A stretch of 64,000 nucleotides of DNA, from the NCBI GenBank assembly GCA_051362555.1, contig CM120648.1:16550587-16614586 (forward strand). The letters run 5' to 3'. Positions 1 to 12,574 of the stretch are shown here, in pieces. Origin of the DNA: Lingula anatina. Taxonomy: Eukaryota; Animalia; Brachiopoda. Below the pieces are notes generated by a model. That model had not been told where the DNA came from and searched no databases. It saw only the letters and a list, made by a program, of their open reading frames with translations. A program made the translations under genes and the position numbers. Position 1 is the first letter of the stretch, and each line of letters starts with the position of its first letter.

Positions 1-294
1 ACAGTGACGCCACAGCTTGACAAGACATATTGGATCCTTGTGATAACTTATAGAACTGATAATTCAAGCGCAGGAGCAGCATCTTTAAATTTGCAAAAAT
101 CTATGAAACAATTCTTTAGTAAGCTGGTTGCATACCATACTGTGGAATATGTACATTTAAAATTTTTTATATATTGAATAAAGAATGTAAACATGATACT
201 CTCTTTTGTTTTGAGGGACCAGTGCCTATAACCAATTTTGCCAAAGTTCCAACAATATATAAAAAGCTGTGAAAATATTCAAAGCAGTTAATAT

Positions 295-673
295 AAATTT
301 CTATAGGTTCCTGTAAGATTTCCTATAGGATCCTATAAGATTTCCTATAGGATTTCCTATAGGATTTCCTATAGGATCCTATAAGATTTCCTATAAGATT
401 TCCTATAGGATCCTATAAGATTTCCTATAGGATTTCCTATAAGATTTCCTATAGGATCCTATAAGATTTCCTATAGGATTTCCTATAGGAAATCTTATAG
501 GATCCTATAGGAAATCCTATAGGATCCTATAGGAAAAAGGGACAATTTCCTATAGGATCCTATAGGAATTCCTATAGGATCCTATAGGAATTCCTATAGG
601 AAATCTTATAGGATCCTATAGGATTTCCTATAGGATATCCTATAGGAAATCCTATAGGAAATTTTCGTAAGGG
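295..673. repeat. Palindromic minisatellite built from CCTATAGG/CCTATAAG units, ending in ...ATTTTCGTAAGGG (probable end of a non-autonomous DNA transposon)
   Basis: Many copies of 11-12 bp units (tttcctatagga, tcctataaga); unit orientation flips near 485 so the array is self-complementary. No matching left terminus seen. Confidence 0.8.
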
Positions 674-759
674 CTCTGTAAAGTTATATTTCTAAAACCA
701 TTGTTTATGTGTAAAAAGTTTAAATATGTACTTGATGTAAATATATTTACTCAAAGATG

Positions 760-762
<3 letters not shown>

Positions 763-804
<42 letters not shown>
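763..804. repeat. (AT)n microsatellite
   Basis: Direct reading. Confidence 0.95.
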
Positions 805-807
<3 letters not shown>

Positions 808-924
808 TACATAGAAATTATCAAGCAAAATTCCATTCAAACTGCATTCAGCATAAAGTAATCGACTACTGACCAACTGACACAGCACTATCTACACCCC
901 AGAGTCAAGCTTTCTGTAGACCTG

Positions 925-1070
925 GGCTCCGTATCTCGAAAGGTTCGCTATGTTGCGCACGTGAGCAAGTGTTTCGATTCCATGGCCCCGTATCTCGAAA
1001 TAGAATCGGTTATGGAATTGAGACACTTGCGCACGCGCGCAACATAGCGAACGTTTCGAGATACGGAGCC
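925..1070. mobile_element. MITE (PIF/Harbinger-like), almost fully palindromic
   Basis: Long TIR GGCTCCGTATCTCGAAA-GTTCGCTATGTTGCGC... / ...GCGCAACATAGCGAAC-TTTCGAGATACGGAGCC, flanked by CTG on both sides (CWG-type 3-bp TSD). Confidence 0.8.
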
Positions 1071-1245
1071 CTGATCCACATTAAGGCTTCGTTCACATGC
1101 AATGTCTATTTTCTAAATTCTATTTTCTATTTGCGGCATGTCTTATGATCACGGTCTGTGCACTGAATATCCCGCCGCGTAATTACTGGCAGCGCGAGCC
1201 AGTTACTATAAGTTACTATAAGTATACTATTAGTTACAGCTGTTA

Positions 1246-1558
1246 GGAGCCATTCAGAATGGAAGATCCAAGTATCAACTGGTCCAAGCTCAAATATGTC
1301 GGGCCCTACATGAAAGGAAGACCGCATAATCCTGTAATGATCTCTCCGCCTTTTTCACGCCTCCCTACGCGCTTTCCCTGCAGGGACACAGTAATTAAAT
1401 CTCTGCTCAATTCGATCAGTCGAGGGTCGGTGCGTGGGGAGGCGGGTGAGGGGTGGAGAGACCATTACAGGATGAAGTGGCCTTCTTTTTATGTAGGTCC
1501 GCCATATTTAGCCCATGGACCAGCTAGCAATCGGCTCTTCTCATTCTGAATGGCCCCC
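1246..1558. mobile_element. MITE, fold-back family A (copy 1)
   Basis: TIR GGAGCCATTCAGAATG.../...CATTCTGAATGGCCCC with extended imperfect internal inverted symmetry; diverged homolog at 39424-39734. Confidence 0.75.
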
Positions 1559-2199
1559 TAGAAATCTCAACCTAACTGGTGAATTGTATGTCCTACGGTA
1601 CAATTTATTATGCCAACGAATAAAAGGGCATATATGCATAAGGTGAATGTTACGTTGTCTTGTACGTGCAATATGCACGGATACAGGTCTTAACTGGGGA
1701 TGCAAGAATATTTTCTCATCCAGACAAAAATAAAATTTAAAAAAACGTTAGCTCTTTCCCAGTAATGCTTAGGGCACAATGGTGGTAAAAATCTTCGGTT
1801 TGCCTTGTTTTTGTGAGACTTAAAAGTCTAGTCTAGTGCGGAGTAGATGTTCAACTATTATGTCCAATTAAGTCACCAGGGCTTAAAAAGATACACAGTA
1901 TTCCAGGCCCCAATTAACAACGTGCCAGAACATGCTGTCTTACAGGCAGGGCTTTATTACATGAATTCCCAGAAACCAATTTCTTGGGAAATATGTCTGC
2001 GGATATATCACTTATCATACATTACCACCATGTTAGTAAATTGAACCCTTAATTACGCCTTCTAACTCTGAAAAAAAAAAACAGTTCGCATGTCCATTTA
2101 TTTCTCTTTTTTTTCGTATTTGATGATAGCACAGGCGCAATACAGTACCGCGTACAGCGCCAGCCTCAGACGCTATTTTACTTTTCATGTTGTGTATGC

Positions 2200-2230
<31 letters not shown>

Positions 2231-2549
2231 CCTGATCCTTCCCGAAATGCGGCATTGCATGTCCTCAAGGGTATTGTAAACCTTTATTATCATCCAGATG
2301 CCAAAAATGAGTTGTTGTTTTTTTCCTGTGCCTAATAACTCAATAATGCATTTATTTTTGTGCTGATTTAAAACAATAAAAATACCCTCGAAAATATAAA
2401 ATATCGGCGTTTATATTTTTCGTTGCGATGTATAAGGTTGGGTGCTAAGCTAACGTAGAAATTTGAAAAACAGATTTTTTAAAAATTTTACTCCAAAATC
2501 GCAATTATGTCTTCCCCCGTAAGATGGCTTGTGCGTCAATGATACTTAC

Positions 2550-2882
2550 GGGATAATAACTCTTCGTATGAGGTCCATATTTCACAATAAAAACATTGTG
2601 AACAACTCAGAAATATAATATATTCTGTATTCGACAAAAACAGCAGTTATAGCTATTATTCTGATATCTGAGCTTGTCTTCAGAATACGTGACCTCCATT
2701 AATGGCTATACTCTGTTATAATCTCTTAAGAGATTTTAACAAAAAACCAAACTTTTTAGAAAAAAACCAGGGACTAACTCTGAATGTAAAAATGGATTCA
2801 TTAACCATTGGTAAGTATGGGAAAATTGTTGTTTACAGCAGGAAAATTCATTTTTTGGCCAAAACGAAGAGTTATTATCCCT
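2550..2882. mobile_element. Non-autonomous TTAA-type (Kolobok-like) DNA element
   Basis: TIR GGGATAATAACTCTTCGT / ACGAAGAGTTATTATCCC followed by TTAA; homologous to 7331-7682 and 35524-37133. Confidence 0.7.
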
Positions 2883-3096
2883 TTAATTAAGTCACTGAAC
2901 GCTAAAGATTTATCTGCATTACAAAAGAATGTATGTAGGTCAATAAATAAAGGTTAACAATATCCTTCATCATTGGTTCGTAGACGTCATTTGTTTTGAG
3001 GGTCCTTCACTGTTATGAACGCCAGCTGTGCTGTTTGCGTTTAATATGAAGCACAAGTAATAGCCTCAACGCGAAATCTGAAAAGGGAAACTATTT

Positions 3097-4016
3097 CAGG
3101 GGCGTAACCAGACCTTTAAAAATTGTACGCACAGATTTTTAAAATTCCCAGCAAAATGTAGACAGCATATGTACCACACATCGCAGCTTAATTTCCATTA
3201 ATAATAAAATCATCATTTAGTCAGAAATATTCTCGCAATTAATATTCTTACTACCCAGAACGGTATATTTATTTAAAAGGAGGCTAGCTTCGCATATGTG
3301 GAACCCCTTCGAATAATCCTGGATCCACCTCTGAGTTGAACTAACATACGGTTTCATTCACCTTACATGCGGATGCATGGCTTCCAAAAACAACCAATTG
3401 TACGACACGACAGAGCTCTGATATATCTAAGTTTATTATTTGTTTGTAAAAATTGCCCATGTCACCCTGTTACTTTTGGAGAGGTAAGCTGGGTCAAGTC
3501 CGTGTCAAAATTCTTTGAAGCTTTGCAGGAAAAATTCTTCCTTTGTTTCTCTAGCTCCTTCTTAAACCTGGTGTCCAGATTTTATCTAGTGCCCCAAGGG
3601 TTGCGGGAGCTGCTCTTTGAAAATAACACTCAGGCAGATTTTTACCTGAGATAAATATCGCCAGCGAGAATGCGTACGATATTCTCAAGAAAGAGGGTAC
3701 AGAAGAGTTGAGGGCCACTGAACCCTCCAATTAAGAGGTAAAGGAAGTTCCAGTTAGATGGACGATTAAGATAGGACTTGTTAAGGTTACAGGCATTGTT
3801 TACTTCAGTTTGCAAGACCGGGGGGGGGGGGGGGGTCAGAACAATTGTGCCTATACAATTGATACAGAGGATTTGTACATACAGGTGACTTTCATAAGCA
3901 GAGGATTTTCTTTTATATTCCGTGAAAAATACACTAAATTTATATAAAGTAATATCATGGTTGGCCAAAAAATTGTACGCACAGTGCATCCGTGCGTATT
4001 CCTAGTTACGCCCATG
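3097..4016. mobile_element. Non-autonomous TIR element with CAG-type termini (hAT-like)
   Basis: CAGGGGCGTAACCAG ... CTAGTTACGCCCATG termini; TATTT on both flanks; subterminal AAAAATTGTACGCACAG repeated near both ends. Confidence 0.6.
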
Positions 4017-5402
4017 TATTTTGTACAAAAACCAGCAAAGGTATTTTTTCCGGTTGAATGCGGTTAACAGAAACTAGTTTTGACGGCTTTGTTTGGCATT
4101 TTGCTTTACATATTTATTGTTATAATGAATATCTTTTTATTCAGGCGAGTAGAAAGAAAATAGGTTGGAGGTTAATCATTCAGGAAATATATAAGACGGG
4201 GTGGGGGAAGTCCATGTAGTCACCCGCTCACTGTGCTTATTATATGACTGGCGTGACTGAATAAAAGCAAGGGGGTACTCCCCTCTCCCCCCACCCCTTC
4301 GGGCTTCAGCTCATGAGAATAATAAGCAATCTTTTCATCCCCGTTGTCTACGTATTACAGCAACATTGTCTTCGTCTGCTGCTGTCACTTATGACCCCCT
4401 CACAAGCTGCGCTACATATGTACTTATATAAAGCAGAAACGTTTTATTTTTGTGACTAATAAGGAATAGCATTGCCTCGTGAACATGTTTGTCACCAAAA
4501 GATTCACTGATTGTAAACACCTTTAAGACATGAATAATAAAAGATAAGTATTAATCAAACTAAATTAGACAAAATACATGTAAAATACATAAAATTACAC
4601 AGAGTATAGAAGAAACATAATTTGTAAGGCTTTTAAAATATAAGACACTATGCCTTGGAAAGCTGAGACGCTGAAAAATTGGATGTGGAGGTAATTATCG
4701 CCGTGCATGCATCACACCATTGGTTGTTCAGATTACAAGTGCGACTTATCACCACTTAGTAACAATGTATTGTGCTGTATAAAATTGACATCTTCTTTGT
4801 ATACACTGTATGGTACAGACGTGGTGGACTATTGGATGATGTACATGTACCTGTCGGTTTCTACGTATACGGGAAAGTGTGAAATGAGAAATTTAGTTGA
4901 ACAGAGGAGACTGAGTGATATTTAACAAAGTCCCGATGCTAGAATCTGGCATGGCGTAAAACGGGAGCATTTTAGCAACAAAGGGGTTACAGAGGCCGTC
5001 TTTTTCCAAAATAATGGAGATGTAGGATAAAAATAATACTAAGCATGGAGTAAAATGAAAGTTGTTTAACAACAGAGGGGTTTATACAGGCAAACTTTAT
5101 CAAACTCCCAAAGCTGCGTTAAGGAATATGCCTAAAAATGGATTAGGTTGAATAGGACGGGCTGGCTGTGAACACAGTAACCGTATGAGGATGTCTATCT
5201 CAGGCAAGTAGCCACACAAATCGAAATATTGCTTAAAATGAAGTAAAATTCCACAATTTTGTGGCGCCAATTGATGCCCATCTGTGAAAATGCAAGTAAC
5301 TTGTAACCGAATCATAATCATGACGTAGAAAAATAAATGATTCCTTCATATGTAATGCATTCAATGGAATTTCTCGCTCAGTCCAAGTGATAAAACGCTA
5401 TC

Positions 5403-7096
5403 ATGGCTAGTAACACATCCAGTCTAGAGGACTTATCTGTGTACATAAACAATCTCGTTAATGTACAGAACTCTTCTTTGAGAAATTCTACCAACTTTCC
5501 ATTAGAGCTGCGTGTGGTCAACTGTAGTATTATGTTACTATCCATCATGGTGGGAATACCTGGAAGCATGTGCGTAATTCTAACAATAGCAAAGAAACGC
5601 CTATTCTGGACGCATGTTAACATACTGGTAGCCTGCACCTCATTAATGGACATTCTTCAATGTATCTTCGGGACACCACTTCACGTACATAGAAACCTCT
5701 GGAACCACAGAGCTCTGGACCCGAGAGACTGCCACGTGCTGTCGTTAGTTACCGTTTTCACGAATGTGACCAATGTCTGCCTGTTCGGTGCCATTTCTGT
5801 ACTGCGTTTGATGCAGTTCGTTACAGAGCATCCCATACAGCGGAGGCAACTATTCAAATGGCTTACATTCAGCAGCATTGCCGTCAGCGCGGCTGTAGGG
5901 CTGGCATTGGCCATAGCTGCCACTTTCTATTCAAAAGCTCTTATTTATATATGTACCGACGACGACAGGCAGTATTTTCCCAACACGGAAGAGGTCGTTA
6001 CCTACAAGTTATTCCTCCCCGTATTTGGCCTAAGCGCCCTCTTAATCCTAGGGTCTTACCTCGGTATATACTGCCACGTTAGGAAGTATTCGCGAGTGAC
6101 ACACTCTGCAGTGGAGACGCACGAAGGCCATGGGCAAGATCCCAATGAAATCATCTACCTGCAGGCGATTCTGCCAAGTGATGCTCAGGGCCAGAGTGGT
6201 GGAGGGCATCAGAGTAATGACCTCGAACAGCTGGGGGCACAGCCAACAGGATTTCAAGCTGTTCACCAGGGGGCGGACAAAACTATGCCGCTGGAGGAGC
6301 CGGTGTCTCAGAGAAGATTGCCCGATGCCCAGCAGGTGCCCGATGTCCAGCAGGTGCCCGATGTCCAACAGGTGCCCGTTGTCCAGCAGGTGCCCGATGT
6401 CCAGCAGGTGCCCGATGACCATCAGTTGCCCAGTGTCCAGCAAGTGCCCGATGTCCATCAGGTGCCGCAGCAGAGAAATGACATCTTGGTGGCTAAAACG
6501 TTCGCCTGGGTGTTGTTTGTCTGGTTAATCCTCTATCTCCCTCCAATCGTCATTGGCGCCTGGAAGTTCAAGCGCGGAGTCACTGCCCAGCTCATATACA
6601 TCAGGTTAGTTCATGGCGCATCAATTATGTTAATCAAAATGGGCAAAATCCATCTGAAAAAAAAAGGTTTCACCTGTACGTTTTCATCTTATGAAATTGA
6701 CAGATATGTTTTATGCCAGGGTTTCTTTATATTTTGTTATCGAATTTTTTTCTTTTTAAATCTTGCAGCTGAAAAAGATCATAAATTGAAAAAAAGATTT
6801 GAGAACCATAGCAGAAAAGATATGTACATTAACCTAGATGTGGTTCCAGTTTAGAAATGATAAAAAGCTAAACATAAGATCTCTTAAGTAACCACACGTC
6901 TAAACCGTGTACTAGCAATGTTTTCATGGGGAAAATTGAGTTATCATCTTTCAGAAATCAATACCTTTATTTTTCTAGATCTTTCTTCCTCTCCCTCAAC
7001 TGCATAGGTGCAGTATTGAACCCGTGGATTTACTGGTACAGCTCAAAAAAGTTTAGGAGGGCAACCAAACGCGCATGCGCCTGCAGCTTTGTATGA
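5403..7096 (+). CDS. Orphan rhodopsin-family (class A) GPCR, ~439 aa, 2 coding exons
   Basis: Exons 5403-6604 and 6979-7096 (GT at 6605, ttttctAG at 6978, phase 2). Several N-terminal N-glycosylation sequons and seven hydrophobic segments; TM6 WLILYLP; exon 2 encodes SFFLSLNCIGAVLNPWIYWYSSKKFRRATKRACACSFV* (NPxxY, helix 8, C-terminal Cys). The track ORF to 6854 reads into the intron. Confidence 0.85.
6320..6470 (+). repeat. Coding 18-bp tandem repeat (QQVPDV)n in GPCR ICL3
   Basis: About 8 copies of cagcaggtgcccgatgtc with variants. Confidence 0.9.
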
Positions 7097-7330
7097 TGGG
7101 TATTCTGGACATTTTGAGTAACGACCCAGTGCTGCCTTTAAATTGAAAAACTGTAGTATTGAGATCGCACATGTTTATAATATACATCTGCTATAGACAT
7201 GTATATGGTCGCGCTTATCACTTGCAGATTTGTTTAATTGTCTATCATCACTAATAAACTCCTCTTAATTTACACTACTCGATCATTCCCGCAAGCGAGG
7301 AGTGCAACGTTTTACTTAATTACATGTTAA

Positions 7331-7682
7331 AGTGGTAACAATTCATCGTGTGAATTCCATATTTCACAATTATTACATTGTAACACAATTATTACATTGT
7401 AACAACTCTTAGAAATATCATTAGTTCTACTTTACCACTCAAATGGCGGTTATTGAAACCCTTGAAATTGTTCTGGAATTTGTTCTTGCCATCGGTCCAT
7501 GTGACCTCCACAGGTGGCTATCCTCTGTAAAAATCTATAACAAAAAAAAAAAACTATTAAAAAAAGTCAGGAACTATCTTTCATGTCGGAATGAAATCAT
7601 TTAACATTGGTAAGTATGGGAAATTGGTCGTTTAGCCCATGAAAATCCCTTTTCTTTTTCTTTGTGAACAGTTGCTATCCCT
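7331..7682. mobile_element. Kolobok-like TTAA element, diverged copy
   Basis: TTAA at 7327-7330 and 7683-7686; internal blocks (ccatatttcacaat, gtgacctcca, cattggtaagtatgggaaa) shared with 2550-2882. Confidence 0.65.
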
Positions 7683-8385
7683 TTAAAAAGGTGACCAATC
7701 AAGAATCAATCATTGTGAATATGGGGAAGGAAATTCGTCAAAAGGAAGAGCTTTATATAATAGTATTATTATTTCTATTAATCCATTATTGATGCTAGCA
7801 CATTTGGTACAATGGCTATGATTTAACAATGTAAAATACATGATATATTGATGAATGCACAGTAGTGAGATGGACAGAATATATCATTTCTATACACACA
7901 GATGTGTATGATCAGCGGCGCTCTTTCTTGTATGATATATGTGCACCTTTTGCTACACGTACATGTATTAAATAATACAGATGCCAAAAGATAACGCACA
8001 GTCACGTTACCTTAAAAGGAAAAGGGGGACCGCGGAAGCTTACAGTAGGAAGGGACCCTCCCCCCCCCCCTCCCCCCCCCCCCCCCCCCCCCCACACACA
8101 CACACATTCATATATACACATTAGGATCTGTCATAGATGATAATAATAATTACACATTATAACAAGTAATCCTGATGGAAATAAATCTGTGTAGTCGTAG
8201 GATTTGATCGAAAGCTCTGTCAGGTAAAGGTCTATTTTTTAGTGTAGAAATTGAAAAGTTTAATACTTGAATCATTATAACAAGTAAGACTTTCTACGTG
8301 ATATTATGGATTAGTTTATACCTTTACGTTGTTATCATAATTATAACATTCGGGAAACATGTATATGGGTATAGGGTGGGTATAC

Positions 8386-8552
8386 CAGGCCCGTAGCCAG
8401 GGGGGTTCGGGGGGTTCGAAAGAACCACCCTTTTTGCTGGGAAAAGGTCCACTCTGGGTAATATTTGACCTAGGTACATGAAGTTTTTATGGAAAAAGGT
8501 CCACTTTTTCAGAAAAAGAACCCCCCTTTTGAAATTGCTGGCTATGGGCCTG
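8386..8552. mobile_element. MITE with CAG..CTG termini and 6-bp TSD
   Basis: TIR CAGGCCCGTAGCCAG / CTGGCTATGGGCCTG; GTATAC duplicated on both flanks; diverged relative at ~37481-37672. Confidence 0.8.
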
Positions 8553-9699
8553 GTATACCGTGACTTAAGATTCACGGTTACCAGATAAATATGTAATGAA
8601 ACATGACCGTGTATTGTTCATAGCATTAATCCATCTAAAATATCTGCTCTGTGATCTTCCAGATAATGTAAGGTGGTTTGGAGGTAAAAATATCAAATGT
8701 TATTTGAATGTTTTCTCGATAATCGGAGCAAACATCAAGACAATGTGTAATGGTTTATGGTGGTGAAAAGCGCTGAAAACTATTGCTAGCCCTGTGACAC
8801 AAAATGGGGTGATCTCCACGCCAGTTAGTCGTTGAATATTTAACGAGGAAGTTCCAGAATTTGGTTTTTATATATTCGTGATTTTAGTTCTCCTACATGG
8901 CTAAAAAAACCACACATCACTTTCCAACCTCAATAAATTAAAAGCTCATCGCGATTTCCCGGTCATTTAACTACAGCAGTCCCTTCGATGCCTTGACGTC
9001 TAACAAGTTGATCACGAACTTATTATTAGGTAGGTGAGATCGAATAGCAGCTACTTGAAGCACACAAGTAGTGTTTACCCATGTTAGCTATTCCATGGCC
9101 ATCATTATAGGTCTGATAGTAGGCACTGAGGAATTAACAAGGAGAAAATTACATATAAATATATATACCTTGCTAAATAAGCCATTAATCTTGGATAAAC
9201 AGCAGCATGGCGAGCATAAGCAAGACGGCGATGTCGTGTATTATTTTTGGGGGATAACAGTCAATTGTTTGTTATACACAGAAAAAAAATCGATAATGAT
9301 GAATAAACGTTTAAGCAAATGTCAACAGAAAACCATTTACGATATTCCTTGCAATAGAAAAATTAAAGCCACAAATACTCTGTTTAACGATAATTTGTAA
9401 ACAGTGTAGGGTGGTAGCGGCAGCAGCTGTATCCATTATAGAAAAGACTGAAGATTCAATTAACAAATTATGCGAGCAGAGCAAATTCTTCCAATTTTGC
9501 TACAAAGATGCTTCAATTAACACAGGGCAACTGAATATAAACCTAAAAAAACTGAAATTGCATATATGTAAGTGCCTTCTTCTAGACAAGATTATAATTT
9601 TTCACTAAGATCAACAAGTGTAAGTCTGTCTGTGTGAGATCTCTCTCTCTCTCTCTTTCTCTCATTTGCACACACTCTTGTAGGCGTACCTAGTCTATC

Positions 9700-9925
9700 A
9701 TCCCATTTCCATAGATTTTTAGATCGATCTATCCCTGTGGGGAGTCTCACTAGATTACTGTCAGATTGGCCGGCTTAAGCGTCTGTCCCGCCTACTAAAA
9801 GCTGTAAGGGGGTAATTAACTATGGTGCCCGCTCGGCTGACTGCAATTTAGCGTGAACCCCCAGGGAGTTAGGTCGATCTAAAACTTAATCTTTAGATCG
9901 ATCTAAACCTCTAGGAAAGCACCCT
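9700..9925. mobile_element. Tourist/Harbinger-like MITE family B (degenerate ends)
   Basis: Core ggggagtctcactagattactgtcag...aagctgtaagggggtaattaac...tttagcgtgaacccccaggg shared with the copies at 14345, 21926 and 22965. Confidence 0.75.
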
Positions 9926-10138
9926 TTAGTTGGTCTACAGTGTAGTGCCTACTTCTTGAGTAAATTCACTTTTCATTTTTGCACTTATTTCCAATTTAAG
10001 TCAGGTTAACAATATATTCTCATCATCGTTAGTGTTGTAGATTACTGTCATATTTTTTATAAATCTATATGTAATGTATATGTACAATTTCGTAAATACA
10101 TGCTGTCACATGAGATACAATAGATATCCCTTTTTTTC

Positions 10139-10198
<60 letters not shown>

Positions 10199-10722
10199 AT
10201 AGACCTATCCGTATTTCGAAATTAATTTGACTATTTCACGTTGTATATGGACATGTCTCTTTAACACTGGTAAATCTTGCACTTATCTAATCTAATTTTC
10301 TTTTGTGTCATGGTTTGAGATAGTGTGTGCATTGTTAGAGAGTCACATGTATAGCTAGGGTCAGCAAGGGATCGGTTTTCCGGGAAAGTTGACAAATTTC
10401 CTGACTATCTATCGTACGTAACAATTGTTCAATTTATTCGATCCTAGCATTCACTAATATATAGGTTTTTTAAGGCCTGCAAGCAAATCCAAAGCCTTCA
10501 AATGCTATGAAATTGAGTCGCAGTGGAGAAATTAGACCTTAATCCTATCGACTGAAAATCATGAAAGCGTAAAGAAAAAAAAAAGATTTAAAAAATAGCT
10601 ATAAAATAACCATATTTATTCACTCTGTATATGGCGCAGTTGTTATTCATGATTATAACTAATTCAAATTAGTAGAAGCACGTCAAATGATCCATTTTCC
10701 AGAAAAATAATGACAGGCTTCT

Positions 10723-10761
<39 letters not shown>

Positions 10762-11878
10762 GGAACCGCCCCTGTAGGGTTTAACGGCCACTGTATGCAT
10801 TCACATCTCTGTGATTGATTTTATCGGCCTAGCTAGCTACTGCGCACAAACTCCACGGGGACTCTCTTAGGACGCAATCAGATTAACAGACTAGTCTCCT
10901 TTTGTTATCAACGTACTCACAGCTTTTCTGTATTAATAAATTCCGCTCAACGCCAGAGAATAAACAGTTAAGACTGATTGTAAGTTCACTATATGATGAA
11001 AAACTTTATCTATATAAATCTTACTTGCTGAATTGGTCTTTTTCAAATTTGGGGAGTTCACGATTAGTGTCAATCGTAATGAGCTGTGTGCCTCTTAAAA
11101 ATACTCCGGCTCTTCGCATGGACCTTTTGCCTCCTTTATGTTTGTTTATCGGCTACACCATATCGGTGGAAATAAGACTGTAATAGCAAGAGCACGTTGT
11201 AGCAGTTGTTGGAAGTTTTGAATTCCTCGGTGATTGTTGAAGAACAGGCGAAATTTGGTGTGACCTTGCTTCTACAGTTATAGGCCTATAACGCACTTAT
11301 TACGTTAGCTGGAGTTTCAGACAAACGTATTTTATGTATAATATAAAATTATATTTCGTTTCTTTATTTGTATTTGATAACAGAAGCTCAGTGCTTACTT
11401 AGGGATAACATGTGTTCGTCACGCACATTTTAATCCCACAGCTATTGTACGCATGCATCTTGAAACAAACAAGCACACAATCTTCTTATAACCATAGGAA
11501 GCGGCATATTTCGTCATTTCTTTGTTGCTCGTTCCAGTGATCAGGAATTACTTGACGTAGTAATACCACGTAGCGTTAATTTTAAGCCAAGTTATATAAT
11601 AAAAACCTACATATATTTGCCATGAAACAGAAGGAAAATATTTTTCTAACCAATTGGCCATTGAAAGCGACTTCAGAAACATAAATTGAGGGAATGCTTG
11701 GTCTAGCGTTGTCAATTCACACATAATAGGAGGGCCTGATAATGAAAAATCTTGAAAATCACGAATCACAGGACATGTAATGACTTTCACGAAAGACGGG
11801 GAAACAGCGACATCCACGAATCACGGGAATGGCGTGCTTCACAAATCACACTTTCGCGGATAACAATAATACCCTATG

Positions 11879-11995
11879 CAGTGGCGGATTTATGGGGGTG
11901 TCATTGTGGCTCTTCAGCGCCCCCTAACCACACGCCAAGGGCATCCGCAGACCTCCCCCCCCCCCTTGAATTAAATAATCCTGTATTTGCCCCTG
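11879..11995. mobile_element. MITE with CAG..CTG termini and 6-bp TSD
   Basis: CAGTGGCGGATTTA ... TGTATTTGCCCCTG; CCTATG at 11873-11878 and 11996-12001. Confidence 0.7.
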
Positions 11996-12574
11996 CCTAT
12001 GGGCCTCTCTACCAAGCCAAGGGTCATTTTCCACCCATCTACACCGTACTTCACAGGAAAACTAGCTAACTTACATGTATTTCTGTTCATTCTAGATGTT
12101 CCGGTATAGTAGGCCTAATTTGCTTTGGTAGAGGAATGGCGTACGCATTTATAAGTCCTATCATTCCTATATCTTGATTTCAAGTGTAATGTTGGTTCCT
12201 CGCTTCTTTTATGTATATTTATTGGCTACACCATATTGGTAGAAATAAATAGAAACGGTAAGAGTATGTCATAGTATATAGCGGTCTGTTTTAAGTTTTC
12301 TCTGCAGCTCAGGAGATAGTAAGACCATAGAAGTAGAGAAAATAATATATTGCGCTTAGACAAGTGTTGTGCACACCCGGCGAAATCTCACCTGTAGCAT
12401 TCAAGATGTCTCCGTCCTTCCCGAGGTGATGTGATGTCTTCGCTGTTATCTTTGAGCTGTTTAAACGTGTCTCGAGATAAGACCCGTCCTCTGAAGGTGA
12501 CCCGAAATGCAGCAGACATTTAAGAGGGGCTACATGGTTTTTAACTTAATCATTAAGGCTTAAAGGACTCGGCA

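Noticed and set aside
6048-6528. Repetitive ORFs (GHLLDI)n and (SRCPMS)n
   Set aside because: Alternative-frame shadows of the 18-bp repeat in the GPCR coding sequence
6605-6854. C-terminal ~80 aa of the 483-aa track ORF
   Set aside because: Intron read-through; the real TM7/NPxxY is in exon 6979-7096
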